DNA of 64,000 nucleotides. Origin: Synechococcus sp. (GTDB lineage: Bacteria; Cyanobacteriota; Cyanobacteriia; Thermostichales; PCC-7336). The translations under genes were made by a program, and so were the position numbers. Below the pieces are notes generated by a model. That model was given only the letters and a program-made list of their open reading frames with translations. It did no database searches and was not told where the DNA came from. Position 1 is the first letter of the stretch; each line of letters begins with the position of its first letter. Positions 1 to 10,699 of the stretch are shown piece after piece. The stretch spans positions 9,927-73,926 of the forward strand of contig JBFRWN010000016.1 in NCBI GenBank assembly GCA_051439605.1, in the 5' to 3' direction.

Positions 1-513
1 GAGCAGAATTTGTACGGCACGTCGCTGGGGGTGGATCTGCAGCAGGGCAATGCCGTGAAAGGGGGGCATCGCCACCACCTCAAGACCATTAATTTGATTC
101 GCAAGCACGGCAGTATTGCAGCAGCGGTTGAGGCTAGAGCGATTTCTGCAGGCATCTTTTACGAATGCGTGCGCAAGGGAGTCCCCTTTGCTCTGGCGGG
201 GTCCATTCGAGATGACGGTCCTTTGCCGGACACACAGATGGACTTGGTCGCAGCCCAGCAGAACTATGCAGAGCTAGTGAGGGGCGCCGATACGATTTTG
301 ATGCTGTCCACCATGCTGCACTCGATTGGGGTGGGCAACATGACTCCGGCTGGTGTGAAGCTGATTTGTGTCGATATCAATCCAGCGGTGGTGACGAAGT
401 TGGCCGATCGCGGTTCGCTGGAGTCCGTCGGAATTGTCACGGATGTGGGGTTATTCCTCAGTTTGCTAGTACAACAACTGTGTCGGATGGAGAGACCTGC
501 ATTGCAAGATTAG
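1..513 (+). CDS. argZ: Bifunctional arginine dihydrolase/ornithine cyclodeaminase (ArgZ/AgrE, TIGR00300 family), 3' part only
   Basis: The frame is open from the window edge. Motifs GGHRHHL, LAGSIRDDGPLPDT, STMLHSIGVGN and CVDINP..VTKLADRGS are characteristic of the family C-terminus. Confidence 0.88.
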   Translation, partial: EQNLYGTSLGVDLQQGNAVKGGHRHHLKTINLIRKHGSIAAAVEARAISAGIFYECVRKGVPFALAGSIRDDGPLPDTQMDLVAAQQNYAELVRGADTILMLSTMLHSIGVGNMTPAGVKLICVDINPAVVTKLADRGSLESVGIVTDVGLFLSLLVQQLCRMERPALQD

Positions 514-567
514 CCCGCCAGCTACTGGTAAGAAAATCGAGCAGAGTAGAACTGTAGCGGCGAATCG

Positions 568-1164
568 CTAACCGAATGTTGGGGTTTCCGATGCTTCTCG
601 AACCTGACCGTTTGAATGGACTGGCGGTGGTGCCGGAGAAATTTCCGCCCGATCGCGAACGACCACAGTGCCCCGAAACATGTTCATACCGCAATGGAAC
701 GGATATTCACCGGCTTGTTCCGGTGTAAATTCCACAGGCGTAATCCGATCGAGTTCCAAATCAACTGCCCGGTGAAAATCAGGCAAGACAACCTGTTCGA
801 GACAGCTGCTAGGGTCTTTTCGAAAAAAATTCAGCCGAACCGGTTGACCCGCTCGAACGACAACGCGATTGGGAGAGTAGCCACCATCAACGGCGATCGC
901 AATCTCTTGAATCCCCTGTTTGACTCCAGCTTGCCGAGCTTGAGTCTTGCTGAACTGGAACCACCATAATTCTGCAGCAATAAATGATAAGCCACCCACA
1001 GTGACGGCAATTCTTGTCCAGAGAGGTTGATCGATCCGGCGAAAGGGTTCAGTTTGCGGGGAAGCAGCTTCTTCAGGTAGTTGGGCTACAGCAGCACCCG
1101 TAGTTACCCCAAGTGCGAGTCCCAAACACAGAAACAAAGTTAAGACCCGATATTTTGCGAACAT
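568..1164 (-). CDS. Membrane-anchored cupredoxin-domain protein (CupA-like copper chaperone)
   Basis: ATG at 1164 is preceded by AGGAG (1176-1180). The protein has a signal-like N-terminus, a TM helix, and cupredoxin motifs GGYSPNRVVVRAGQPVRL, C-LEQV and FHCGMNMFRG. It lies directly downstream of the Cu-ATPase. Confidence 0.85.
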   Translation of the reverse strand: MFAKYRVLTLFLCLGLALGVTTGAAVAQLPEEAASPQTEPFRRIDQPLWTRIAVTVGGLSFIAAELWWFQFSKTQARQAGVKQGIQEIAIAVDGGYSPNRVVVRAGQPVRLNFFRKDPSSCLEQVVLPDFHRAVDLELDRITPVEFTPEQAGEYPFHCGMNMFRGTVVVRDRAEISPAPPPVHSNGQVREASETPTFG

Positions 1165-1183
1165 TGGATTTGGAACTCCTGAG

Positions 1184-3436
1184 TTACAAGGTCGCTTTGG
1201 GTTGGAAATTACGCAAACGCAAGGCATTTGTCAGCACTGAAACCGAACTAAATGCCATCGCACCTCCAGCAATCATGGGATTCAGCAGCCAACCCAAAAA
1301 GGGAAATAGAACCCCTGCAGCGATCGGAATGCCGGCGATGTTGTAAATGAAGGCAAAAAAGAGATTTACGCGAATGTTGTTCATGGTGGCGTGACTGAGC
1401 TGAATCGCCGTCACAATCCCCTGCAGGTCTCCAGAGATCAGCGTGACATCGCTCGCCGCGATCGCCACATCGGTTCCCGTACCAATGGAAATGCCCACAT
1501 CCGCTTGAGCCAACGCGGGGGCATCGTTAATGCCATCCCCCACCATCGCCACAATCTTGCCTTCTGTCTGAATCGCTTTGACTTTGGCAGCCTTCTGTTC
1601 CGGACGGACTTCCGCAAACACTCGCGAGATCCCCACCTGTTTGGCGATCGCTTTGGCTGTACGTTGGTTGTCCCCCGTCAGCATCACCACTTGCAATCCC
1701 ATCCGCTGCAAAGCCTTCACCGCTTCTGCAGAAGAGGGCTTGAGGGTATCGGCAATCCCGATCAGCCCTTGCGCTTGACCGTTAACGGCTGCTAAAACCG
1801 CCGTTTTCCCATCGGACTCCAACTGTTGTTTGCGACTAACCAACGGCTGGATGTCGATCCCCAACTCTCCAAACCAGCGTTCGGTACCCACTTGCACCCA
1901 CTGACCTTCCACGCGGGCTTCAACTCCACTGCCAGCTTCGGCATTAAACTGTTGCGCCTCTGGCAGGCTCAACTGCTGCGCCCGAGCGTACTGGACCACT
2001 GCCTCTGCAAGAGGATGTTCGGAATTCCGTTCTGCTGCAGCAACCCAACGCAGCAGTTGCAATTCATTCCCGTTCAGCGTCAGCAAATCGGTGACGACAG
2101 GCTGACCTTGCGTCAGGGTCCCCGTCTTATCCAGCACAATCGCCTGCAGCTTGTGCGCCAGTTCCAAGCTATCAGCGCCTTTAATTAAAATGCCGTTCTC
2201 TGCCCCTTTGCCCGTTCCCACCATGATGGAAGTTGGTGTAGCCAACCCTAACGCACAGGGACAGGCAATAATCAGCACGCCCACAGTTGTGAGCATCGCC
2301 AGGGTGATATTCCCCACCAAGTTGAACCAGATGACAAAAGTGGCACTGGCGATTGCGATGACAGCTGGGACAAACCAACCGGTGACGCGATCGGCGAGCT
2401 TCTGAATCGGTGCCTTGGAGCCCTGAGCTTGCTGGACTAGCTGGACAATTTGGGCCAATACAGTGTCCTTACCCACTCGCGAAGCCCGGAACTTAAAGCT
2501 GCCCGTTTTATTAATGGTTGCCCCAATCACTTCGTCGTCCGCTTGCTTCATGACTGGTAGGGGTTCGCCAGTCACCATCGATTCGTCTACAGCGGAAGAC
2601 CCGTCTATCACCGTTCCATCCACGGGGATTTTTTCGCCGGGACGGACCACAATGGCATCCCCCACCACAACCGCTTCCAACGGAATATCGAACTCTTGAC
2701 CTTGGCGGATGACACGAGCTGTTTTTGCCTGTAACCCCATCAGTTTCCGAATGGCTTCTGAGGTCATGCCCCTAGCGCGGTTTTCTAGGAAACGCCCTAG
2801 CAAAATCAAGGTCATGATGACCGCAGAGGTTTCGTAATAGGGTTGTGCTGACAGCCCTTGAGACTTCAAGACTCCCGGAAAAAGCGTGACAAACAGCGAA
2901 TAGAGGTACGCGACTCCGGTGCCGACACTCACTAGGGTATTCATATCGGCAGTATGGTGTTTGAAGGCTTTCCAAGCTCCTACAAAGACGGCTTTGCCAC
3001 ACCAGACGATGACTGGGGTCGCCAGTGCCAGCTGCCACCAAGGGTTGCCCATCCACGCCGGTATCCAGGGCAGGTTTAACCCCGTCATATGAGGCAGGTC
3101 TCCCACAATCAGCAGCAAGCTCATCGCGGCTCCGAACATCACTTTGCGCTTCAAGTCGGTTTGCTCTGCCTCGCGAGCGGCTCTCTCGGGATCGACCTGA
3201 CCGTGCCCCATTTCCTGCAGCGGTTCTGCTGCATATCCTGCATCGGCTACGGCCTGTTGGATTTGCTTGAGACTGACTTTGCGATCGTCGAACTGTACAG
3301 AAGCTCGCTCTGCTGCAAAGTTCACATTACATTCAACGACGCCAGGAACGCTCCGAATGGCTTGCTCGATGTTCGATGCACACGATGCACAGCTCATTCC
3401 CCTGAGTTGGAGCTGTTGGGTTTCCATAGCTGACAT
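1184..3436 (-). CDS. copA: Copper-translocating P1B-type ATPase (CopA/PacS)
   Basis: It carries the N-terminal HMA motif [29 protein letters not shown] and GDGINDAP, plus the YN and MAFSS Cu(I) ligands. Confidence 0.96.
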   Translation of the reverse strand: MSAMETQQLQLRGMSCASCASNIEQAIRSVPGVVECNVNFAAERASVQFDDRKVSLKQIQQAVADAGYAAEPLQEMGHGQVDPERAAREAEQTDLKRKVMFGAAMSLLLIVGDLPHMTGLNLPWIPAWMGNPWWQLALATPVIVWCGKAVFVGAWKAFKHHTADMNTLVSVGTGVAYLYSLFVTLFPGVLKSQGLSAQPYYETSAVIMTLILLGRFLENRARGMTSEAIRKLMGLQAKTARVIRQGQEFDIPLEAVVVGDAIVVRPGEKIPVDGTVIDGSSAVDESMVTGEPLPVMKQADDEVIGATINKTGSFKFRASRVGKDTVLAQIVQLVQQAQGSKAPIQKLADRVTGWFVPAVIAIASATFVIWFNLVGNITLAMLTTVGVLIIACPCALGLATPTSIMVGTGKGAENGILIKGADSLELAHKLQAIVLDKTGTLTQGQPVVTDLLTLNGNELQLLRWVAAAERNSEHPLAEAVVQYARAQQLSLPEAQQFNAEAGSGVEARVEGQWVQVGTERWFGELGIDIQPLVSRKQQLESDGKTAVLAAVNGQAQGLIGIADTLKPSSAEAVKALQRMGLQVVMLTGDNQRTAKAIAKQVGISRVFAEVRPEQKAAKVKAIQTEGKIVAMVGDGINDAPALAQADVGISIGTGTDVAIAASDVTLISGDLQGIVTAIQLSHATMNNIRVNLFFAFIYNIAGIPIAAGVLFPFLGWLLNPMIAGGAMAFSSVSVLTNALRLRNFQPKATL

Positions 3437-3629
3437 GACCTAATTCAGTTCTGGGTTGATGCTGTTCAATGACTGGAAGGATAACTACCCAGCTTTCAAA
3501 TCGCTTGCTTTGTCTCTCAGTTTGGGGAGCAGACATCATTACCACTCAAGCGGATGAGACACAGGCTTGACGAAGGACATTGAATACTCGGCTCTCCAAG
3601 TACCCCGATCGAGATCGAGGACTCAATCC

Positions 3630-3661
3630 AAGCTAAACTCTCCAGCCCAGTGGAGAATAAA
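3630..3661 (-). promoter_or_regulatory. MerR-type metal-responsive promoter/operator upstream of copA
   Basis: On the minus strand, TTTATT (-35-like) and TAGCTT (-10-like) are separated by 20 bp that contain the dyad TCTCCA-N6-TGGAGA (3639-3656). A long spacer with a dyad is the MerR hallmark, and a MerR gene lies nearby. Confidence 0.7.
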
Positions 3662-3731
3662 GCGAACTGCACAAAAGTTTACCTAATTGCTTGAAGACAT
3701 CGCCAAAAACAGCTTCGATCGAAGATCGAAT

Positions 3732-4301
3732 TTAGGCTGTTGTATGATTCGATGGGGCAGTTGGAAGCTGACAAAAACCTTGGGGAGGTACATCGAGGGC
3801 ATTATTAAATTTGCTAGACAAATTCTGAAAAGCAATAAGCCCTGTCAATTCAACGATGCCATCTTCATCAAAGAAGTTGTGCAGTCGTTCTACCAGATCG
3901 TCGCTTACTTGCCGATCGGTCATCGTCATCGCTTCTGCATAGTCCAGAACTGTTTTCTCTTTGTCATCAAACAGTTGACTCTCTCTCCAATTTTCTAGAG
4001 ATTCAACTTTTTCCATCGAGCCACTACGTTTAGCCAGCAATGCAGAATTAATGTCAATACAAAACCGGCACCAATTAATTTGCGATACACGAACAGTGAC
4101 CAAAGATCGCAATTCAGGGGTTAGAGGTGAGCTTCTGCGATCGAGGACTCCATACAGGATTGCAACGGCAACAAATAGTAGCGGGGATCTGGCCCATAAT
4201 AAGGACGGCTTTAGAATTTGCCCGTACTTTCTATTCTGATTCCAAAAGAATGGACGAAGATACCAGGGATAGGCATTCAAGGGCTTTTCTATAACTCTCA
4301 T
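3732..4301 (-). CDS. Carboxymuconolactone decarboxylase/AhpD-like protein
   Basis: RVSQINWCRFC (CxxC) and F-x-x-x-E-x-x-x-L-x-YAEAMT...LTGLIAFQNLSSKFNNAL are typical of the family. AGGAG precedes the start. Confidence 0.85.
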   Translation of the reverse strand: MRVIEKPLNAYPWYLRPFFWNQNRKYGQILKPSLLWARSPLLFVAVAILYGVLDRRSSPLTPELRSLVTVRVSQINWCRFCIDINSALLAKRSGSMEKVESLENWRESQLFDDKEKTVLDYAEAMTMTDRQVSDDLVERLHNFFDEDGIVELTGLIAFQNLSSKFNNALDVPPQGFCQLPTAPSNHTTA

Positions 4302-4405
4302 ACCGTCTCCTCCTTAGCAGAAACTACTGAGAGACTCAATTCGATCTTAATTGATTGAGTTAAGAAAACATCACAAGAATAACAATCACCCCTATAAGAA
4401 GCCAG

Positions 4406-4831
4406 TCAAGCCCCAATTTCCTGCTGAATAATTGGGCAGATGATCCCCTCCTTACTAGGGGAAGCAGTACTGGTATCAGAGAGCATAACTGTTAGTTGAG
4501 CTTTCAACTCTTCTAGATTTAGAATTTTCTCTTCAATTTCTAAAATCTTTTCTTGAATGTTATGCTTCACTTCGTCACAGGGAACTTCGCCACGATCGTA
4601 GATTTCAAGAAACGAACTAATATCTTGAAGACTAAAATCTAGCGATCGGGCTCGTTTGATAAAGCCTAAGCGAGGAAGGATCGCTCTAGAAAATAGACGA
4701 AATCCTCCTTTCGTACGTCTCTCTGCCTTAATCAAACCCAATTCTTCGTAATAGCGAATGGTTTTGATCGGAACACCGCTTTCTTTCTTGAGTTCCCCAA
4801 TCTTCATCAGCTCAGTTGTTTGTTTCGGCAT
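4406..4831 (-). CDS. MerR-family heavy-metal-responsive transcriptional regulator
   Basis: It has the HTH signature KIGEL..SGVPIKTIRYYEELGLI and Cys ligands at PC and C-terminal ICPII. The probable start is the ATG at 4831. Confidence 0.92.
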   Translation of the reverse strand: MPKQTTELMKIGELKKESGVPIKTIRYYEELGLIKAERRTKGGFRLFSRAILPRLGFIKRARSLDFSLQDISSFLEIYDRGEVPCDEVKHNIQEKILEIEEKILNLEELKAQLTVMLSDTSTASPSKEGIICPIIQQEIGA

Positions 4832-5371
4832 GGTATCGACTCCCAAATAATCGTAGACAGTAATCGATGAGCAAAAGTGAGTTAAATCAACATCATCATT
4901 GCAAGCAACGGTGTAGTGTACGCAATACACCTCTTGCATGTGGTACGTTGGCTTTTTTCTACATCGCATTTCAGACGCTGTTCTCGAAAAGGTCCCGTGC
5001 TCGCAGTTCCTTCATTGACGGCTAATTCAACCCAATTGTAATTTCCTTTAACGTGCGCAAACTTCATTCTTCTTTGGCCCCATCTTCGTGATAACGGATC
5101 GAAGTGTAAGAAATTTGGTCTTTTAGAAGGAAAGACGAGCCATCAGGAATCCAATTATTTCTCGCGCAGCCATAGTTGCCGCAACCCTTACGATAACAAC
5201 AAGATTTCGATGTTCGTACACCTACCCAAGAAGCAAATTCTTATACAAACAAAAGAGAGATTGCAGTTAATTCTAGTTATTACTTTAATTGCTTAAGACT
5301 TGAAAAGCCTTCTTCTAAAATCGTGCGTCAAGATATAGAGAATCAGGTCTGACGATATCGGAAATAGGTAA

Positions 5372-6016
5372 ATGGAATCTGTTACTTCACATACTCCGGG
5401 TTGGTATAAACGCTTCTTTGCTTGGCTGATGCTTCATGCAATGACTGAGTATGAAGCTGAAGTAAGCGATCTGAAGCGCAAACTGTTTGCCGATCTGCAG
5501 GGCAACGTCCTAGAGATTGGGCCTGGCACTGGTCCTAATTTGCGTTACTATCCACGCGACATTCATTGGATTGGGATAGAGCCGAACTTATATATGTATC
5601 CTTATCTGTACAAAGAAGCTGAGAGGTTAGAGCTAAGCATTAACATCAATAGTGGATCGGCTGAACATTTAGAGGTCGATGATAGCAGCATTGATGCAGT
5701 AGTCAGCACACTAGTTTTGTGTTCGGTAAGGAATCTATCGACTGTTCTGGAAGAAATTCTCAGGGTACTTAAACCCGGCGGACAATTTTTCTTTCTTGAA
5801 CATGTAGCAGCACCGAAGAGGACTTTTTTACGACAGATTCAAAACTGGATACAGCCTATATGGACAGTTCTAGGAGATGGTTGCTATCCCAATCGCGAAA
5901 CCTGGATCGCACTAGAAACTGCTGGATTTGAGAGAGTTGACTACCAACAGTTTCGAGCTCAAGTTCCAGCTATTGTGAGTCATCAAATTATTGGGGTGGC
6001 GACTAAGAGTCAGTAG
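5372..6016 (+). CDS. Class I SAM-dependent methyltransferase (Methyltransf_11, METTL7/TMT1-like)
   Basis: Motifs VLEIGPGTGPN, GIEPN, DAVVSTLVLCSV and RVLKPGG..FLEHV. Confidence 0.9.
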   Translation: MESVTSHTPGWYKRFFAWLMLHAMTEYEAEVSDLKRKLFADLQGNVLEIGPGTGPNLRYYPRDIHWIGIEPNLYMYPYLYKEAERLELSININSGSAEHLEVDDSSIDAVVSTLVLCSVRNLSTVLEEILRVLKPGGQFFFLEHVAAPKRTFLRQIQNWIQPIWTVLGDGCYPNRETWIALETAGFERVDYQQFRAQVPAIVSHQIIGVATKSQ

Positions 6017-6345
6017 TTAGCCAGATTAAGTGGATAAACTTCAGTCTGGATTGTAGAGATATCTAAATCGCTCAATCAATAGTGAGAGAAGCCAAGACGA
6101 TGAATATGACTGACATCGAAGATTCGCTACTCGATCAATTCGGCTTCACTAGAGTTACTTCTTCAAGATTCGTGACTAGTACCTATCTTTGATGCGGAGG
6201 ACTACCTTTTGTCCAACTATGATAGGGATAAAGGGGAACTTTTTCCTCTGGGTTAGCGATGTTATTTGTTCTGTGGCCGACCGCCTTAGTCCACTAATCC
6301 ATATCGACCGCTCAAACACATTCCCTGCCATTTTGGAGGTGAGCA

Positions 6346-9318
6346 ATGATTGCTCCAGCGGCAGAAACCAACCTCTACGAATCTGCCACTCAAGAGATTG
6401 GACGCAGATTGCTAGCAGCCACGCGATCGCACGATTCTCTCTTCAGCCAAACGCACTGGGCCGATCGCCTGCTCGCCTGGACCATGGACAATCCCGGTCT
6501 GCGGGTACATCTCTTTCGCCTCATCGACTGCCTCCCCTCACTGCGCAGCAAAGCTGAAATTGCCCGCCACATGCGCGAATATCTCGTAGACGAATCCGTC
6601 GAACTGCCAGATGCCCTCAAGGCCCTACTTAACTTCACCGGACCCAACTCCATTCCCGGTCAACTGGCCGCCACCACCTTCACCACAGCGGTCTCAACCC
6701 TGGCCCACCAATACATCGCCGGAGAAACGCTGCCCCAAGCCCTTAAATCCATCGTTCGCCTGCGCAGCCACAAACTCGCTTTCACCATGGATCTGCTGGG
6801 GGAAGCTGTGATTACCGAATCGGAAGCCCAGTCCTACCTCGATCGCTATCTAGACACCATCGCCCAGCTGAGCGAAGCCGCCCAAACCTGGAAACCCGTT
6901 CCCGAAATCGATCTCGCCGATGGAGAATCCCTGCCACGGGTACAAGTGTCCGTTAAACTCACCGCCTTTTATTCGCAATGCGATCCGCTGGATGCGGCAG
7001 GCAGTCAAAAGAAGGTAAGCGATCGCGTGCGCCTGCTGCTGCGCCGCGCCAAAGAACTGGGTGTGGCCGTTCACTTCGACCTCGAGCAATACGTTTACAA
7101 AGACCTCACCATTGCTATTTTGCAAGACCTGCTGATGGAGGAGGAGTTTCGCCATCGCGACGATATTGGCGTTACCCTACAAGCCTACTTACGTGACAGC
7201 GATCGCGATTTGCAGGGCTGGATTGCCTGGGCCAAACAGCGCGGAACCCCCGTAACCGTGCGCTTAGTTAAAGGGGCCTATTGGGACCAAGAAACTATCC
7301 ATGCCGTGCAACAGGGGTGGCCGCAACCGGTCTTTAACGACAAATCACACACGGATGCCAGATTCGAACAGTTGACCCAACTGCTGTTGGAGAATCACGA
7401 CTGTCTCCACGCCGCCATTGCGAGCCATAACACCCGATCGCAAGCGCGGGCAATCGCGATCGCCAGGGAACTCCACATTCCGCGACGCCACATTGAATTG
7501 CAAGTGCTGTACGGCATGGCCGACCGGCTGGCCGACGCATTGGTGGAAGAAGGCTTCCGAGTCCGGGTCTATACCCCTTTCGGCCAGCTCATTCCGGGCA
7601 TGGCTTACTTGATTCGCCGCTTGCTAGAAAACACCGCCAACTCCTCTTTTCTGCGCCAACGCTCCGCTAATGTCTCGGAGGAGCAATTACTCGCCCCTCC
7701 TAAAACCGTCGTAGAAACTCCGCTCCTCTCCCCCTCATCAGGATTCCGCAATGCTGCCACCACCGATTTTAGTCAGGCAGATGCAAGGGAACGGGCTCTG
7801 AGAGCCATAGAAACTGTTCGACAACAACTAGGCACCACGTACCGACCCCTGATCGACGGCCAATGGGTTGAAACCCAATCCCAAATCGGGTCCGCAAATC
7901 CCTCCAATCCTTCAGAAACGATCGGGTCCGTTTACATGGGGGGCTTGGCTGAGGTGGAAAGGGCGATCGCCGCTGCCAAAGCAGCCTTTCCGGCTTGGAA
8001 GCGAACACCTGTGACCGAGCGAGCCGATCTGCTGCGGCAGGTGGGGGAGTTGATGGTTGCACGACAGGCCGAACTGACCGCCTGGATCGTCCTGGAAACT
8101 GGGAAACCGATTCGGGAGGCGGATGCTGACGTGGTGGAAGCAATTGATTTTTGCCGCTACTACGCCGATCGCATGGAGCAACTCGATCGCGGCCAGCAGT
8201 ACGATCTAGCGGGCGAAACCAACCGCTATGCCTATCAACCGCGCGGCATTGCCGTTGTCATCTCCCCCTGGAACTTCCCTCTCGCAATTCCCACCGGGAT
8301 GGTGATGGCGGCACTCGTTGCTGGCAACTGCACCATTCTCAAACCCTCGCAACAGTCCTGCGTTATCGCCGCCAAGCTGACAGAACTGTTGCTGGAGGCC
8401 GGAGTCCCGAGTGGCGTCTTCCAATTCCTGCCCGGTCGCGGCAGCGAAGTGGGGGCGGCACTGGTGAAACACCCTGACGTGCAGTTAATTACCTTTACGG
8501 GGTCGCAGGATGTCGGCTGTCAGATCTACGCCGATGCGGCTGTGCTGCAACCGGGGCAAACCCATCTCAAGCGCGTCATCGCCGAGATGGGCGGTAAGAA
8601 CGCCATCATCGTGGACGAGAGTGCCGACCTCGATCGCGCAGTGCAGGGGGTGGTGCAATCCGCCTTCGGATACAGCGGCCAGAAATGCTCTGCTTGCTCC
8701 CGCGCGATTGTTCTTGCCCCCATTTACGATGGTTTCCTCAAGCGCCTGCTGGAAGCAACGCGCTCGCTTGCAGTTGGTCCCGCCGACAACCCCGGCACTA
8801 CAGTGGGACCCGTTATCGAAGCCGCTGCGAGAGATCGCATTCGCACCGCGATCGCCGAAGGAACCTCTGAAGCCACCGTGGCTCTGGCCATGGCCCCCCC
8901 AAAACGGGAGCTCTCCGCAGGCGGCTATTTTATTGGTCCCACCATCTTTACCGATGTCGATGTCAACTCCGCTCTGGCTCAGCAGGAAATCTTCGGGCCG
9001 GTGTTGGCAGTCATGAAAGCTGAAACGTTTGACGAAGCGATCGCGATCGCCAATTCCACTCGTTTCTCCCTGACAGGCGGGCTGTATTCCCGCACCCCTT
9101 CCCACATCCAACAGGTCCAGCGGGAGTTTGAAGTGGGCAATCTCTACATCAACCGCAGCATTACGGGGGCGATCGTAAATCGTCAGCCTTTTGGAGGATT
9201 CAAGCTATCGGGAGTCGGCTCGAAAGCCGGTGGTCCCGATTATCTCTTGCAGTTCCTCGAACCCAGAACCGTTACAGAGAATATCCAGCGCCAGGGATTT
9301 GCCCCATTGGAGGATTGA
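6346..9318 (+). CDS. putA: Bifunctional proline dehydrogenase / P5C dehydrogenase
   Basis: PRODH motifs [22 protein letters not shown] and [16 protein letters not shown] motifs PWNFP, FTGS, EMGGKN, GQKCSAC and EIFGPV. Confidence 0.96.
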   Translation: MIAPAAETNLYESATQEIGRRLLAATRSHDSLFSQTHWADRLLAWTMDNPGLRVHLFRLIDCLPSLRSKAEIARHMREYLVDESVELPDALKALLNFTGPNSIPGQLAATTFTTAVSTLAHQYIAGETLPQALKSIVRLRSHKLAFTMDLLGEAVITESEAQSYLDRYLDTIAQLSEAAQTWKPVPEIDLADGESLPRVQVSVKLTAFYSQCDPLDAAGSQKKVSDRVRLLLRRAKELGVAVHFDLEQYVYKDLTIAILQDLLMEEEFRHRDDIGVTLQAYLRDSDRDLQGWIAWAKQRGTPVTVRLVKGAYWDQETIHAVQQGWPQPVFNDKSHTDARFEQLTQLLLENHDCLHAAIASHNTRSQARAIAIARELHIPRRHIELQVLYGMADRLADALVEEGFRVRVYTPFGQLIPGMAYLIRRLLENTANSSFLRQRSANVSEEQLLAPPKTVVETPLLSPSSGFRNAATTDFSQADARERALRAIETVRQQLGTTYRPLIDGQWVETQSQIGSANPSNPSETIGSVYMGGLAEVERAIAAAKAAFPAWKRTPVTERADLLRQVGELMVARQAELTAWIVLETGKPIREADADVVEAIDFCRYYADRMEQLDRGQQYDLAGETNRYAYQPRGIAVVISPWNFPLAIPTGMVMAALVAGNCTILKPSQQSCVIAAKLTELLLEAGVPSGVFQFLPGRGSEVGAALVKHPDVQLITFTGSQDVGCQIYADAAVLQPGQTHLKRVIAEMGGKNAIIVDESADLDRAVQGVVQSAFGYSGQKCSACSRAIVLAPIYDGFLKRLLEATRSLAVGPADNPGTTVGPVIEAAARDRIRTAIAEGTSEATVALAMAPPKRELSAGGYFIGPTIFTDVDVNSALAQQEIFGPVLAVMKAETFDEAIAIANSTRFSLTGGLYSRTPSHIQQVQREFEVGNLYINRSITGAIVNRQPFGGFKLSGVGSKAGGPDYLLQFLEPRTVTENIQRQGFAPLED

Positions 9319-9490
9319 GTACGCTGAGTAGGAGGATGACTACTGCTCTGCCAACCCTCAAAACTGGGTTGGAGGAATTTGTAGAGGGAAGCGATCGCAA
9401 CTTGCAGCAGATAAAAAGCAAGGGCGCTAGTAGTGTGGCAAGCACATAACTCAGGGCATGAACTATCGAGTGATATGACAGGGGGAAATA

Positions 9491-9528
9491 CCTGAATAAA
9501 CCTGAATTAAACCTGAATCAATCTGAAC
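9491..9528. promoter_or_regulatory. Four phased direct repeats, candidate response-regulator binding array
   Basis: CTGAA occurs at 9492, 9502, 9513 and 9523 (period 10-11 bp), about 100 bp upstream of ORF 9624. Confidence 0.55.
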
Positions 9529-9623
9529 TTTTAGGGATTGTTTCAACTGGAGGAATCCGCGAGACTGAGTTCATCGAAGCCAAGAAAACAGTCTATGTAG
9601 CCAGATTCCTAGAGGAAAAAACG

Positions 9624-9929
9624 ATGAACTCTCAACTCAAATTAGCAATTGTCGCAGTTGCGATCGCCGGTTCAGCTGCAATTGTTTCAACTCCTGCTCA
9701 CGCTACTCCAGAGATCCTCACCCGCTTGGACGAAATTCAGGCAAAAGGTTCATCGAGTGAAAACGGTGCCGGCTCGAATCCTTTTGTGGACCAAGATAAG
9801 GGTATGCAAGGGGTAGAAGTGGCGGGGGAGCCTATGAGTGTATCGGACTCTCGAAGCGGCTCCCGCAACTCCAGCTTGGTCGGGAGGCTTCAAGAGTTGC
9901 GCAGTACAAGCCCTGAAAGCGGCATCTAA
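9624..9929 (+). CDS. Small secreted hypothetical protein
   Basis: It has a GAGG RBS and a Sec-type signal peptide (MNSQLKLAIVAVAIAGSAAIVSTPAHA) with an AxA cleavage site. Confidence 0.7.
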   Translation: MNSQLKLAIVAVAIAGSAAIVSTPAHATPEILTRLDEIQAKGSSSENGAGSNPFVDQDKGMQGVEVAGEPMSVSDSRSGSRNSSLVGRLQELRSTSPESGI

Positions 9930-10030
9930 TTCTCGATCCACTGTTCTTGCTATTTCGCTATCTGACTAGCATCCCTGCAGCTCGAGACTAAGGAGATTTC
10001 TGACAAAGAAAATACCAGTCATCAAGGCTC

Positions 10031-10090
10031 TCAAAATCCCCCAATTCTGGGGGATTTTGAATTTACCCCTCAGAATTGGTGGGTGGGGGC
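10031..10090. repeat. Perfect 13-bp inverted repeat / short dispersed palindromic repeat (possible terminator)
   Basis: TCAAAATCCCCCA-ATTC-TGGGGGATTTTGA (10031-10060) is followed by a degenerate related unit, CCCCTCAGAATTGGTGGG. Confidence 0.6.
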
Positions 10091-10699
10091 CTTCCAGTCG
10101 GAACTTTTCGGGAAATCACTTAAGGGGACCTTGATGAACTGACTTGTTGCGAACCAATAGGTATAGAATTCCAAACCCTCGACCTACATCCCGAAGTATC
10201 GCTAAGTCTTAGACAATTTGAGAAATCCCTTTCGGGACGTCAATTGAGATTTTGTTTAAATAATATCTCGCAACGTTTACTTTCTGAGACACTTTTTATC
10301 TGTGGCCACTTAGAAGAAGAGTACTTTCAAATGAGCAGATGTGCTAACGAATAGCCGGAAGTCATTGTCTGAACTAAATCTACAACGAGATTTGACGCAT
10401 TTCAACGTGAAATATACCCTTTTGAGAGGTTATGCAAAGAATATGCTTTTGAGTGAATATACGCTGGCAATCCCAACGAATAGTCAATTATTATGACATC
10501 TAAGTTCATTTTTTATTTGTAGGTATTATTGATTCTAAATACTTGGCTTTAACTAACACATACTTGCAACATTGTTTGGAAGTTTGAGTCACTTATCTTT
10601 GGATTATTCAATACAATGCCTGCTCAACACAGTTGAATCCTGCCTGATTCTTTGATGATTGGATCGCTTGTCGTCATTTTTAACGAATAGGAAGTAAGC

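Noticed and set aside
4832..5370. Upstream extension of MerR and short Cys-containing frames
   Set aside because: There is no recognisable domain or RBS. The region is treated as intergenic.
9491..9528. Possible CRISPR or iteron array
   Set aside because: The units are only 10-11 bp with no spacers, and no cas or rep gene is nearby.
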